In this document: positions 48,845 to 59,712 of the stretch, piece by piece | Layout: every line of letters begins with the position of its first letter | How positions within the stretch are numbered: the stretch's first letter is position 1 | From: an uncultured Veillonellaceae bacterium | GTDB taxonomy: Bacteria; Bacillota; Negativicutes; JARBTT01 | Assembly (NCBI GenBank): GCA_963805085.1 | Contig: CAWDTA010000002.1 | Coordinates: 448,001 to 512,000 of the forward strand | Length of the DNA stretch: 64,000 nt | Direction of reading: 5' to 3' | The notes under the pieces: model-generated | Databases searched by the model: none | Told to the model about the DNA's origin: nothing | What the model saw: only the letters and a program-made list of their open reading frames with translations | Position numbers and translations under genes: made by a program

Positions 48845-50318
48845 ATCCTTCACCTCCACCTTGCAATACACTGGCCGCCGTGTGAATTGCTTTCTCCAAA
48901 AACTCTGGCACATAAAGACCACATAATAGGATCAACGACAACGGAATACACATCGCAACACGCATCCACCAATCCGTTGGTTTCTTGCCAATACGAGCTG
49001 GCAGTTCACCAAAGCTCATGCGAATAACATAATAACTCATCCCAGCAAAAATCAAGACGATCAGCGCAGCAAATATGCAAGCCGCCCAGAGTTTTCCTGC
49101 ATCTGCCCCCGCTAGCATGATCGTAAATTCACTCATAAAAATACTAAACGGCGGTGCCCCGGCGACTGCAAAAGCTGCTAGCAGAAATATGATTCCGGTA
49201 AATGGCATCGCTTTTACTACCCCAGAGATGCGATCTATATATTTCGAATGGTATTTTTGCGCGATATTACCCGCCGAAAAAAATAGCAATGACTTAGTCA
49301 TCGAATGATTAAACATGTGTAAAAACGCCCCATAAAGGCCGAGTGGGCCACCGATTCCCACCGCAAGCGTAATAATCCCCATATGCTCAACGCTAGAAAA
49401 TGCCAGCATCCGTTTCAAATCATGCTGCACCATGATAAAGGGTACGGTTACACTAATCGAAAATAACCCAAATGCAATGAGGTAATCACCAGCATGCCCT
49501 TGTAATGTCACATTGGCAATTGCATAAACGCGAAAAATTCCATAAAGTGCGGTATTTAATAAAACACCCGATAAAACAGCACTCACTGGCGCAGGCGCTT
49601 GGCTATGCGCATCGGGAAGCCAAAAATGCATTGGCGCAAGCCCAGCTTTGGTACCAAACCCAATGAGAATAAAAATAAAACCAAATTCCACCCAGCGTGG
49701 ATTAAGCTTCTCTGCGACTTGAACCAACTGTGTCCATTGCAATGCCGCAGCTGGTTGTTCAGCGATGGCATTCAGTCCCGATAAGTAGAAAAAGACAATG
49801 CCGAGCAAAGCAAATGCAATCCCAACAACTCCCATGATTAAATACTTCCAAGCCGCTTCCAGTGAATGCTGCGTTCCATAAAAAGCAACCAGCATTGCCG
49901 AAACCAACGTAGTAAGCTCAATCCCAACCCATAATAAACCTAAGTTGTCTACAGCACTAACGATGAGCATTGTTAAAATAAAAAAGTGTAGAAAAAAATA
50001 ATAGCGACCAAGTTGTTTTCTTGTAATCACTTTTTCCTGTACTTCATAGCGCATATAACTAACAGAATAAATTGCCGCCGTCAAACCAACGATCGCAATG
50101 AGCATCATATTGAAAGACCCCAATGCATCAATATAAATCAAGCCATCCAAGGCATGAATGACATTCCCAGAAAATACGTGCAAGGCAATTAGCCCCGTTA
50201 GACAAAGTGTAACAAACGAACCAATTACCTGCAAAAGATCAGCAAACTTATATTTACTGCATAAGCCAGCTAACACACCTGTCAGTAATGGTGAGATTAA
50301 TAATCCTATCGCTAACAT
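48834..50318 (-). CDS. hyfF: Hydrogenase-4 component F (antiporter-like membrane subunit)
   Basis: LEAAWKY, GFGTKAGLAPMHFWLPDAHSQAP and KRMLAFSSVEH motifs. Confidence 0.88.
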   Translation of the reverse strand: MLAIGLLISPLLTGVLAGLCSKYKFADLLQVIGSFVTLCLTGLIALHVFSGNVIHALDGLIYIDALGSFNMMLIAIVGLTAAIYSVSYMRYEVQEKVITRKQLGRYYFFLHFFILTMLIVSAVDNLGLLWVGIELTTLVSAMLVAFYGTQHSLEAAWKYLIMGVVGIAFALLGIVFFYLSGLNAIAEQPAAALQWTQLVQVAEKLNPRWVEFGFIFILIGFGTKAGLAPMHFWLPDAHSQAPAPVSAVLSGVLLNTALYGIFRVYAIANVTLQGHAGDYLIAFGLFSISVTVPFIMVQHDLKRMLAFSSVEHMGIITLAVGIGGPLGLYGAFLHMFNHSMTKSLLFFSAGNIAQKYHSKYIDRISGVVKAMPFTGIIFLLAAFAVAGAPPFSIFMSEFTIMLAGADAGKLWAACIFAALIVLIFAGMSYYVIRMSFGELPARIGKKPTDWWMRVAMCIPLSLILLCGLYVPEFLEKAIHTAASVLQGGGEGFGQ

Positions 50319-50320
50319 AC

Positions 50321-50956
50321 CTATCCCCTTAAATCTTGCATTTTTTCTGTATTTAAACTATGAAAGGCCGTATGAATTCTAAATGACAAGCTAGCAATGA
50401 TAATCACCGCTACAAATAAATCGAAGAATATTCCAAGTTCTACAGCAAGCGGCATACCATAACTAATCGCCTGAGTAAGCAAAAATAAACCATTTTCAAT
50501 CACAATCACGCCGATGCCTTGCATCAGGACTTGTTTATTATTAATAATCGTAAAAGTTCCTAAAAACACTAAAATAATTGCCGTTGATAAGTACCGCATC
50601 CCGTGTTCCGCCCCTGGTAAACTTAGATGCGACGCTACATATTGCCCTGTAACAACAAGCATTAATGCAACAAACAGTGAACCAAATTGTCCCATTGTCC
50701 GTTCTACATTCCGTTTCGCTTCTGTCTTTTTTACCGTGTAAAATAAAATATAGGGGATGATGATTGTTTTAACAACAATTGTTAAAATAGCAGCGATCAA
50801 CAAATGTACCATCCCAGTTTTGTGCCACATCAATAAAGCGATGATTGCCAGTCCCGCTGACTGCACCGCAATGATCACAACTGCATCTATTGCCTTTCTT
50901 GTTCTAAATAATAGCAATGTACTAAGCAACAATATCGCGATAACTAAACTATCCAT
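50321..50956 (-). CDS. hyfE: Hydrogenase-4 component E
   Basis: K..IIP, ENG and MPLAVELGIFFD motifs; operon position. Confidence 0.85.
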   Translation of the reverse strand: MDSLVIAILLLSTLLLFRTRKAIDAVVIIAVQSAGLAIIALLMWHKTGMVHLLIAAILTIVVKTIIIPYILFYTVKKTEAKRNVERTMGQFGSLFVALMLVVTGQYVASHLSLPGAEHGMRYLSTAIILVFLGTFTIINNKQVLMQGIGVIVIENGLFLLTQAISYGMPLAVELGIFFDLFVAVIIIASLSFRIHTAFHSLNTEKMQDLRG

Positions 50957-50968
50957 AACATTCTCCTT

Positions 50969-51910
50969 CTATTTAGCAATCTGCAAAACTATTGCTAACA
51001 TTGATAACGCAATCGACGAAGCCAACAGTTTTGGAATTTTAAAGATACGAATTTTTGCATACGCTGTTTCAATACAAGCCAATAGCACGCCTACGGCGAT
51101 TACTTTGACAACATAAAACGCTAGACCAACTAGCAAAGCTTCCGCTGTAAAATCCACAGCAATCCCCCAGGGAATAAATAAATTGACAAACATACTAAAT
51201 AAAATCGTTTGTTTCGCGAGAATCGCCCACTGCAAGACTCCCCAATAACGACCAGAATACTCTAGCATCATCGCTTCATGCAACATCGTAAGTTCTAAGT
51301 GGGTATCGGGATTGTCATACGGAATCCGCCCTGTCTCAGTAATGATGACAATCAAAAATGCCAGGCAAGAAAGCCAATGTCCATAGTCAAACAAATCCCA
51401 ATCTAGTTGAATCAGCGTACCAACAATCTCGCCAACATTGGTCGTTCCCACACTCAGCAAGACTGAAATCACGGATAGTAATAAAGCCGGCTCACAAATT
51501 GCTGACATAACCATTTCACGACTAGACCCCATACCGCCAAACGCACTACCTGCATCTAATGCCGTAATCGCGAGAAAAAATCTTACCACCGCAAACAAGT
51601 AGATAATAACGATGATATCACCCGTCATGCCTAGCGGTGCTTTGACAAATAGCGTTGGGATTAGTAACCCCACACAAAGCGTTACCGCGAAACAAATATA
51701 CGGTGTTGCGCGCGTTAGCCAAGAAGCATCTTTGGCGATCACCGCATCTTTTCGTAAATATTTAAAAATATCACGATATGGTTGCACAATATCCGCACCA
51801 ATACGATTTTGCAATCGCGCTTTTGTCTTTTTTATCATGCCTTGTACTAAAGGTGCTAACAACAATACGATCAAGAGTTGCACCAAACCGAAAAGCAATT
51901 GTTTTATCAT
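50969..51910 (-). CDS. hyfC: Hydrogenase-4 component C (NuoH-like)
   Basis: ARLQNRIG, QPYRD, FGGMGSSRE and ETGRIPYDNPDTHLELTMLHE motifs. Confidence 0.88.
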   Translation of the reverse strand: MIKQLLFGLVQLLIVLLLAPLVQGMIKKTKARLQNRIGADIVQPYRDIFKYLRKDAVIAKDASWLTRATPYICFAVTLCVGLLIPTLFVKAPLGMTGDIIVIIYLFAVVRFFLAITALDAGSAFGGMGSSREMVMSAICEPALLLSVISVLLSVGTTNVGEIVGTLIQLDWDLFDYGHWLSCLAFLIVIITETGRIPYDNPDTHLELTMLHEAMMLEYSGRYWGVLQWAILAKQTILFSMFVNLFIPWGIAVDFTAEALLVGLAFYVVKVIAVGVLLACIETAYAKIRIFKIPKLLASSIALSMLAIVLQIAK

Positions 51911-51917
51911 ACTACAC

Positions 51918-53945
51918 CTACCTACTCCAAAGCAGGGTTAAAATTAACGCTGCTACCATATAAGATAAATACGCTTGTAAATTACCACTTTGAATAATTT
52001 TGATGCGTTTAAATACTTGCACAATAATCCCAACCGAAGGTTTATAAACATTATCACCCACCCGAGCACTGATATCGAGCGTATGATGAATTCGTTTTGG
52101 ATAATATTCATATTCTTTTTCCACCGTTACTTTGCGTGATAACCCAAGTACTCCATGAAAAATCCGCAAAATCGGATGGGAATAAGAGGTTGCTGTATAT
52201 TCCATTTCGGGCACATGCGCTCCCCCACAAGTCCAAGTATCTTGAAGAACATAGTCACTTTTGCCATAGTTCAATCGGATACACAAAAACGCACCAATCA
52301 ATAGTAGGGCAAAAACTACCCCAATCAATCCCACTGATACGGTTTGTGAAATTTGCGGTGTAAATGGCACATAAAGCATCATATCGCCATCAATCTTCGC
52401 AGAAAAGTAACGTGACGTAACCGCATTGGTTAAAGTCACTACTCCACCTGGATACAAACCGAGCACCAAGGATAGGATCGATAGTAAGCCCATCCCCAGA
52501 CGCATGCTAAGATTTACTTCTTTTGCATTTGCTGCCACTTCAGTTCTCGGCTTTGCTAAAAAGGCGATACCGAAATGTTTTACTACCGCCACAGCGGCAA
52601 GCGCACCACTAAACCCTACAATTGCAACGACCAATGCCGCAAATAATTTCACTGCACCACCCTCACAATCAAAAATCATATGAAATAGCGATTGCAGTAA
52701 GGCCCATTCACTCATAAACCCATTGAACGGTGGTAGTGATGCCAGCGACATACCGCCCACCAAGAATGCTGCTGCCGTCCACGGCATCCGATGAATCAGC
52801 CCCCCCAATTTACTCACGTCACAAGTACCAGTTGCTTTTAATACCGCCCCAGCCCCCATGAATAGCAAACTTTTAAATACCGAGTGATTGAATACATGGT
52901 ACAACGTTGCCGTCATCGCCAATGCCCCTAACACAACTTGATCTACCGCTTGAAAATATAAACTTGCCCCAATACCGACGCAAATGATTCCCATATTTTC
53001 TACACTACTATACGCAAGAAAACGTTTCGTATCATTTTGAATCACCCCAAGCATAATTCCCACAATGGCAGAAACCGTTCCGATTGCCATAACCGTAATT
53101 CCCCACCAAGTAGGGCCAGCACCTAAGAAATCAAAACTAACGCGTAAAAATGCATACACCGCAGTCTTAATCATCGCCGAAGACATCAACGCAGTCGCAC
53201 TGGATGGTGCTACTGGATAAGCCCGTGGCAGCCATACATTGATCGGAAACAATCCCATTTTCGCCCCAAACCCGATAAAGAAAAAGAAAAAAACCGCACT
53301 CTTTACCGTCTCTGGTAAAACTGCCCCAATATTTTTATAAGCAGCAAATTCTAGACTGCCCGTGTAGACATACAAGATTAAAAATGCAAAGCTCAAAAAA
53401 ACACCGCAGACATGCGTCATAATCAAATACATATACCCACCCGAACGAACTTTTGCTTGTTCATGCTCAAACATCACCAAACAAAAGGATGACAATGCCA
53501 TAAACTCCCAAAAAATAAGGAAGGTCACCGAACTATCGACACCCACGACCCCGATGAGCGATAAAGTAAAAATATTCATCAACGCCCCGAGATATCCAGC
53601 TACCCCTTTTTCATAATACTTGGCAGCATACCCTTGGGCATAAAGCGAACAAGCAATGCTCATAACGCCAATCACCAATAAAAACAAAGCCGCTAAGGTA
53701 TCAAAATGAACTTTGAGCACTATATTGCTCATCATCCGCCAAGCAGTCGCTGCAAACTCTTCCTGAAATAACAGTAACCTACCAGCGATGATGGTAATAA
53801 GACTCCCACCCACGAAAGAACACCCATTAGCAAACGTATTGGCGAGCTTCTGCTTGCCATTCATCAAAGCAGGCAGTATCCCACCGGCAATAAAACAAAG
53901 TAAACTCACCTGAAATAAACTCAAATATAAATCCGCTGTTTCCAT
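51918..53945 (-). CDS. hyfB: Hydrogenase-4 component B (NuoL/M-like)
   Basis: FWEFMALSS, WLPRAYPVAPS, KRFLAYSSVEN, NHSVFKSLLF and LPPFNGFMSEW motifs. Confidence 0.88.
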   Translation of the reverse strand: METADLYLSLFQVSLLCFIAGGILPALMNGKQKLANTFANGCSFVGGSLITIIAGRLLLFQEEFAATAWRMMSNIVLKVHFDTLAALFLLVIGVMSIACSLYAQGYAAKYYEKGVAGYLGALMNIFTLSLIGVVGVDSSVTFLIFWEFMALSSFCLVMFEHEQAKVRSGGYMYLIMTHVCGVFLSFAFLILYVYTGSLEFAAYKNIGAVLPETVKSAVFFFFFIGFGAKMGLFPINVWLPRAYPVAPSSATALMSSAMIKTAVYAFLRVSFDFLGAGPTWWGITVMAIGTVSAIVGIMLGVIQNDTKRFLAYSSVENMGIICVGIGASLYFQAVDQVVLGALAMTATLYHVFNHSVFKSLLFMGAGAVLKATGTCDVSKLGGLIHRMPWTAAAFLVGGMSLASLPPFNGFMSEWALLQSLFHMIFDCEGGAVKLFAALVVAIVGFSGALAAVAVVKHFGIAFLAKPRTEVAANAKEVNLSMRLGMGLLSILSLVLGLYPGGVVTLTNAVTSRYFSAKIDGDMMLYVPFTPQISQTVSVGLIGVVFALLLIGAFLCIRLNYGKSDYVLQDTWTCGGAHVPEMEYTATSYSHPILRIFHGVLGLSRKVTVEKEYEYYPKRIHHTLDISARVGDNVYKPSVGIIVQVFKRIKIIQSGNLQAYLSYMVAALILTLLWSR

Positions 53946-54519
53946 TCCAACCTCCGAACATAACTATTGTTGAATATCTGATTATTTAAATATACTAAAA
54001 TAGATAAAAATACACAAAGAGTATTCTTATGCTCATTCTCTTAAAAAAGCAGATAAAACCTATCTAAGTTCTCCTTATTGCAAAATCAACCTACATATCT
54101 CTTTATTTCTCGTGTTTTCGACATAATTTGATTTTACAATGATTTTCTTGACCAAATAATATGAAAAGCGAGCATTGCAAACTCAAATTTACACCCCACT
54201 AAACTACACCGCAGATAATTTGCATAAGAAAATCTTCCAACCAAGGCAATACAGACCAATCTTACTATATAGCTTTGAAGGCTTTCTGTCTGACCGCAGG
54301 GAGTTTAGCCTTCATTGCGATATTCGAATCAGTACGCACTAGCGATTGGTCTTTTGCCGACTTGTCGATTTTCGTTGCAACTGATCTGCCTCATACGCAT
54401 AAAAAAATGAGCATCGCAAACTTTAATTTGCAATGCTCAGACTGTAGACAAAATAAAAATATTTATGTCAGTGAACAGGCAATATCGAATCCCGTTTCAC
54501 TTATAAACTAGTACGAAGA

Positions 54520-54655
54520 TAGGTTGCCGGTTGGCAAGAAGTGCTCAGATGCGAGGCACAGCGAGAGGGTGTGAAGGAGTCGTACTTCCGTACGTCGACG
54601 AACAGCATCTTGCTGTAACGATGCAGATGAGTGCTTATCGCCAACCCGCGGCCTA
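54520..54655. repeat. Long imperfect hairpin, REP/MITE-like intergenic element
   Basis: Ends TAGGTTGCCGGTTGGC..AAGTGCTCA and TGAGTGCTT..GCCAACCCGCGGCCTA pair; inner CGTAC-TTCC-GTACG loop; GC-rich against an AT-rich background. Confidence 0.55.
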
Positions 54656-54671
54656 ACTGTCCATAGTTTGT

Positions 54672-55691
54672 CTATATGCTACAAACCCCTACACTCTCAC
54701 GCTCGACTAACGAATTCTCTAGCATAACTCTTTTACTTGTTTGATTATCCGAATCTATTTTTTCTAATAGCAACTGCGCTGCTTGACTGCCTAATAAAAA
54801 CATATTTTGCTCTACTGTTGTCAACTTTGGTTCAATAAATCGACTGAGCGCTATATTGTCATACCCAACAATCGACAATTCTTCAGGTATAGCAATATTT
54901 AGCTTCTTACAGGCGTTTACTACGCCGGCTGCCATTAAATCATTACAAGCAAATACAGCAGTAGCCTCACTGGACGGCAAAATTTCTAATACTTTTTGCA
55001 TCGTATTGTCGACTGTCTCATTACTATTACCATCACCGATATTGATCATATACTTTTCATGGAAATAGTGCCTGCGTTTCATGATATCAACATAAACTTG
55101 TTCTTTGATGTCATAAGAATCACTATGCTCCCCGCGAATAAACAAAATATCTCTATGCTTATGTTCCAATAAATAGTTGATTGCCAATCTCGCTCCAGCA
55201 TCTTGATCATTTGAAACATACGATATGTTCGGATGTTTTTCATAACTATTAATAAACACTAAAGGGATTTGTCTAGCAATTCGCTCATAAAATGTATTTT
55301 GCAGATTTTCTGTATGGGGACTGACGACAATAATTCCCGATACATTTCTGGCCATAAAGTCATTGATGCATCGCATTTCTAATTTTGAATCATTTTTAGA
55401 ACAGCAAAGCATCAACGAATAGGACTCATTGGTAAAATGCTCCTCTACTCCATTCATCACTTCTGCAAAAAACATATTGTAGATACTCGGTACTACGACC
55501 CCGACAATGGTTGATTTTTGCCGATTAAATTCGCGCGCCTGCATATTGGGAACGTATTTTAAGGACCGAATCACCGCTAAAACTTTTTCCCTCGTTGCTT
55601 CTTTTACAGGATAATTGCCATTGATCACCCTAGAAACTGTAGCAATTGATACCTTTGCTTTCTTAGCAACATCTACAATTGTTGTTTTCAT
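54672..55691 (-). CDS. LacI family regulator (GalR-like)
   Basis: TIVDVAKKAKVSIATVSRVIN HTH; last gene of the gal operon. Confidence 0.92.
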   Translation of the reverse strand: MKTTIVDVAKKAKVSIATVSRVINGNYPVKEATREKVLAVIRSLKYVPNMQAREFNRQKSTIVGVVVPSIYNMFFAEVMNGVEEHFTNESYSLMLCCSKNDSKLEMRCINDFMARNVSGIIVVSPHTENLQNTFYERIARQIPLVFINSYEKHPNISYVSNDQDAGARLAINYLLEHKHRDILFIRGEHSDSYDIKEQVYVDIMKRRHYFHEKYMINIGDGNSNETVDNTMQKVLEILPSSEATAVFACNDLMAAGVVNACKKLNIAIPEELSIVGYDNIALSRFIEPKLTTVEQNMFLLGSQAAQLLLEKIDSDNQTSKRVMLENSLVERESVGVCSI

Positions 55692-55700
55692 AGCCGCCTC

Positions 55701-57194
55701 CTACAATGAACCAACAAAATTATTGAAAGCTTGCATTCCTATTCCATCTCTTTTAAATACACCCGCATGAGACAGCACCGTTAAGAATTTTAACCCAACT
55801 TCTTTTTGTACTATTTCATCAACATTTTGCGCAGTAATTTTTTTATGTTTGCTTCGTATTTCCTGATACCAAGTTGCATGTTTTGCAATGCTTTCCTCTT
55901 CTGAAATATCTTGAATCGCTTCGATCAGCGCTTTACGGATAAGTTTTAGTTCCTGCTCTAGTCTTGCCGGCAAAATTGCCAATCCCAACACTTCGATCAG
56001 ACCGATATTTTCCTTTTTGATATGATGCACTTCACTATGCGGATGAAAGATTCCGAGTGGATGCTGTTCACTACTACGATTATTTCGCAGTACCAAGTCA
56101 AGCTCATAGGCACCGCCCCGCATTCTGGCAATTGGTGTAATCGTATTATGTGGTTCACCCTTGCTATTTGCTAAAATTTCAACAGTTTCATCAGAATAAT
56201 TGCGCCATGCGGTTAACATATGATCAGCCAATACAATGAGTTTTTCTTTGTTCGTGCTACGTAACCGCAGTACGGAAAGTGGCCATTTTACCCTGCCTAC
56301 ACTGATATCTTCATAGCCTTTGATGCAGTAGGTTTCTTCCACTGCTGCTGCTTCCATTGCAAATGTATATCGACCACCTTGGTAATGGTCATGCGATAGA
56401 ATCGAACCGCCAACAATCGGTAAATCTGCGTTAGAACCGATAATATAATGTGGCAAAACATCCAAAAAAGCCAGTAAATTTTCAAAAGTTTCTTTGGATA
56501 TTTTCATGGGACTGTGTTCACTACTCAGCACGATACAATGCTCATTGTAATAAACATACGGAGAGTACTGCAAAAACCAAGCTTTATTATTAAAATCTAA
56601 CGGAATGATACGATGTGTCTGACGCGCTGGATGATTCAGATGACCAAAGAAACCTTCATTTTCCTTGCAGAGCAAACATTTCGGATACGCTGTCGACTTG
56701 ATAAGTTTTGCTTTCGCAATATCTCTAGGATCTTTTTCTGGTTTCGATAAATTAATCGTAATATCCAAATCACCGTATTCAGTCGCTGTTTTCCAAGCGA
56801 TATTCTTATCAGTCCGAGCTTTTCGCACATAATTAGAAGCAATACTTAAACCATAATAAAAATCAGTAGCTGCTTGCGGGGAACTCGCATACAGCGCATT
56901 AAATTTGCCAATGACTTCAGACGGGCGTGGCATGATACAATTCATAATTTTCGTATCAAATAAATCACGCTCCAAAATTGTGTCTTCGATCATATTTTTT
57001 TCTACAGCATACGCTAGCATCTCTTCTAAAATTGGCGTTGCTGTTTCTAAGGTTTCTTCAATTAGAATTGGTAGAAACTCTGGTACATCTAACGTGCCAA
57101 GTAATAGGTTTGTAGCGTAAACCTGATCTAGTTCAGTGATTAATCCTTTTTGTAAGCCAAAATGAATCAAACGGTTAATTTGCTTCACAATCAT
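55701..57194 (-). CDS. galT: Galactose-1-phosphate uridylyltransferase (type II)
   Basis: TINLSKPEKDP, YPKCLLC, GGSILSHDHYQGG and HHIKKENIGLIEV motifs. Confidence 0.95.
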   Translation of the reverse strand: MIVKQINRLIHFGLQKGLITELDQVYATNLLLGTLDVPEFLPILIEETLETATPILEEMLAYAVEKNMIEDTILERDLFDTKIMNCIMPRPSEVIGKFNALYASSPQAATDFYYGLSIASNYVRKARTDKNIAWKTATEYGDLDITINLSKPEKDPRDIAKAKLIKSTAYPKCLLCKENEGFFGHLNHPARQTHRIIPLDFNNKAWFLQYSPYVYYNEHCIVLSSEHSPMKISKETFENLLAFLDVLPHYIIGSNADLPIVGGSILSHDHYQGGRYTFAMEAAAVEETYCIKGYEDISVGRVKWPLSVLRLRSTNKEKLIVLADHMLTAWRNYSDETVEILANSKGEPHNTITPIARMRGGAYELDLVLRNNRSSEQHPLGIFHPHSEVHHIKKENIGLIEVLGLAILPARLEQELKLIRKALIEAIQDISEEESIAKHATWYQEIRSKHKKITAQNVDEIVQKEVGLKFLTVLSHAGVFKRDGIGMQAFNNFVGSL

Positions 57195-57205
57195 TGTTCT
57201 TCCCT

Positions 57206-58195
57206 CTATTCAGCAAAACCATTTGGATGACGTTTATGCCAAACCCAAGCAGTTTTTATGATTTCTTCCACACTAACATAGTTTGGTTTCCATCCAAGTA
57301 AATGTTGGGCTTTTTCGCTAGAAGCAATCAATTGTGCCGGATCGCCAGCGCGTCTTTCGCCCAATACCACTTTGATTCCTTCCCCTGTTGCCGCTTTTGC
57401 CGCAGTAATCATTTCCTTTATTGAAAAACCTGTTCCACTCCCAAGATTAAAAATATTGCTTGCGTTGCCAGCGCGCAAATAGTTTAGCGCCTTAATATGT
57501 GCATCTGCCAAATCAATTACATGAATATAATCACGGATACAGGTACCGTCAGGCGTTGCATAATCTTCACCAAATACAGTGATAAATTCACGTTTCTTTA
57601 GCGGCACTTGCAAAATTAACGGAATCAAATGGGTTTCTGGTGCATGATCTTCGCCGATACTACCGTCTTCTAATGCACCAGCAACGTTAAAATAACGCAA
57701 GGATACATAGTTGATGCCATTTGCGGCACTGACCCATTTCATCATTTTTTCCATCGCCAATTTTGTTTCTCCATATGGATTGGTCGGGTTGGTTTCATCA
57801 TCTTCTACGATTGGTACATGTTTTGGCTCGCCATAGACAGCCGCAGTAGAAGAGAACACGATCTTTTTAACATCATGTTTTACCATACTTTCTAGTAACA
57901 CCTGCATGCCATAAACATTATTGTTAAAATACTTCAAGGGATTGGTCATGCTTTCGCCAACCAAAGAGTTGGCAGCAAAATGCATCACCGCTTCAATTTT
58001 GTTTTCCGTAAAGATCTGATCTAAAACCACGTTATCGCGAATATCACCTAAATAAAACTTTGCCGCTGGATTGATTGCCGCTTTATGTCCTGTTTGTAAA
58101 TTATCGACAATGACTACATTTTCATTTTTCTCTACCAATTGATATACTGCATGGGAACCGATATAACCGGCACCACCACAAACTAAAATTGCCAT
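57206..58195 (-). CDS. galE: UDP-glucose 4-epimerase
   Basis: GGAGYIGSH, SSTAAVYG, YGETK and DGTCIRDYIHV motifs. Confidence 0.95.
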   Translation of the reverse strand: MAILVCGGAGYIGSHAVYQLVEKNENVVIVDNLQTGHKAAINPAAKFYLGDIRDNVVLDQIFTENKIEAVMHFAANSLVGESMTNPLKYFNNNVYGMQVLLESMVKHDVKKIVFSSTAAVYGEPKHVPIVEDDETNPTNPYGETKLAMEKMMKWVSAANGINYVSLRYFNVAGALEDGSIGEDHAPETHLIPLILQVPLKKREFITVFGEDYATPDGTCIRDYIHVIDLADAHIKALNYLRAGNASNIFNLGSGTGFSIKEMITAAKAATGEGIKVVLGERRAGDPAQLIASSEKAQHLLGWKPNYVSVEEIIKTAWVWHKRHPNGFAE

Positions 58196-58207
58196 ATCAA
58201 CTACTCC

Positions 58208-59377
58208 TCACTCTAATTTTCCTGCACCATTTACGATACTTGCCACGTAAAAGCTTGGCGCATAACCAATTTTCTTTGTATATACCGGGGTAATATTTTC
58301 AATAAATGCAGTTACATCAGCCTCTGCTACAATGCTAACCGTACAGCCACCAAAGCCCGCTCCCGTCATTCTAGAACCAATCACACCTTTTTGCTCCCAC
58401 GCCAATTCTGCCAAAGTATCCAGTTCAACACCTGTTACTTCATATAAATCTCTTAACGACACATGGGAATCATTCATCAGTTTACCAAACTGTTTTAAAT
58501 CATTCTCTTCTAACGCCTTAACTGCATTTAAGGTTCTCTGATTTTCATAAACAGCATGACGGGCACGTTTTACATCTACCTCATGTTCAATAACATCTTT
58601 GCTTGCTTCAAATTCAACTTCCGTCAATTCTCCCAAGGAATCAATTGCTCGTTTCGTCTGTAAATCTTTCAAGGCACGTTCGCATTCAAAGCGTCGTTCA
58701 TTATATTTCGAATCACCTAAGCCACGTCTTTTATTAGTATTGCCAATGACAATTTTATAGCCATCCATTGCAATTTTGCTATAACGAAACTTTAAGGTAT
58801 TACAATCTAACATGATAGCACAATTTTCCTTGCCCATCCCAACAGCGAATTGATCCATAATCCCACAATTCACACCAATAAATTGATTCTCGGTTTGCTG
58901 ACACATTTTCACCATTTCGACCATATCAATTTTAAACTGAAAAAGTTCATTTAGGATAACTGCCATCAAGACCTCTAGCGAAGCTGAAGAAGACAAACCA
59001 GCACCGTTTGGTAATGTTCCATAAACGAGCAAATCAAATCCGCTTGTGATAGTAAAGCCATGTTTGCTAAAGGTATCAATAACGCCTTTCGGGTAATTTA
59101 CCCAATTATGTTTTTCCTCATAACGAAGTCCCGCTAAATCAAACTCTATTATACCGATTTCTTTGAAATTTGTTGAATACATCCGTATTTTTTGATCCGT
59201 ACGCTTTGAAACCAAGCCATAGGTTCCCAAGGATATCGCACAAGGAAAAACATGTCCACCATTATAATCGGTATGTTCACCAATCAAATTTACCCGACCT
59301 GGTGAAAAAAAAGTATTCTCGGGTTTTTCACCAAATAAACTTTCAAACTCTTTTGCTAACGCAGCAATACTATCCAT
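58208..59377 (-). CDS. galK: Galactokinase
   Basis: GRVNLIGEHTDYN, PNGAGLSSSAS, CGIMDQF and RMTGAGFGG motifs. Confidence 0.96.
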   Translation of the reverse strand: MDSIAALAKEFESLFGEKPENTFFSPGRVNLIGEHTDYNGGHVFPCAISLGTYGLVSKRTDQKIRMYSTNFKEIGIIEFDLAGLRYEEKHNWVNYPKGVIDTFSKHGFTITSGFDLLVYGTLPNGAGLSSSASLEVLMAVILNELFQFKIDMVEMVKMCQQTENQFIGVNCGIMDQFAVGMGKENCAIMLDCNTLKFRYSKIAMDGYKIVIGNTNKRRGLGDSKYNERRFECERALKDLQTKRAIDSLGELTEVEFEASKDVIEHEVDVKRARHAVYENQRTLNAVKALEENDLKQFGKLMNDSHVSLRDLYEVTGVELDTLAELAWEQKGVIGSRMTGAGFGGCTVSIVAEADVTAFIENITPVYTKKIGYAPSFYVASIVNGAGKLE

Positions 59378-59465
59378 CTACTACACTTCCTTTATATATT
59401 TTTACAAATAAAACAAGGTTTTATTTGCACCTACATAGGATAACCTTCTATGATTACTTCGAAAC

Positions 59466-59479
59466 AGTAAACGTTTACT
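59466..59479. promoter_or_regulatory. LacI-type operator upstream of galK
   Basis: Perfect palindrome AGTAAACGTTTACT with the LacI-family AAACGTTT core. Confidence 0.7.
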
Positions 59480-59712
59480 ATTTTTATATAAAAAAAAGAG
59501 CACTTCGCAGAACTGATCACTTTGTAGTTATAAATTAACTCCATTTTAGTCCTTAAAAGCAAAACTTTCAATATCTTTAAATAAATTTCTCTAAAAATAT
59601 CGTAATAATTTTTTCTAAATTCATTTCAGTTATAAAACGTTTTTATCGAACGATGCCCCTAAAAAGAAAACAAAGCTATTGCATGTCCCATTGCAACAGC
59701 TTTGTTTTCTTT

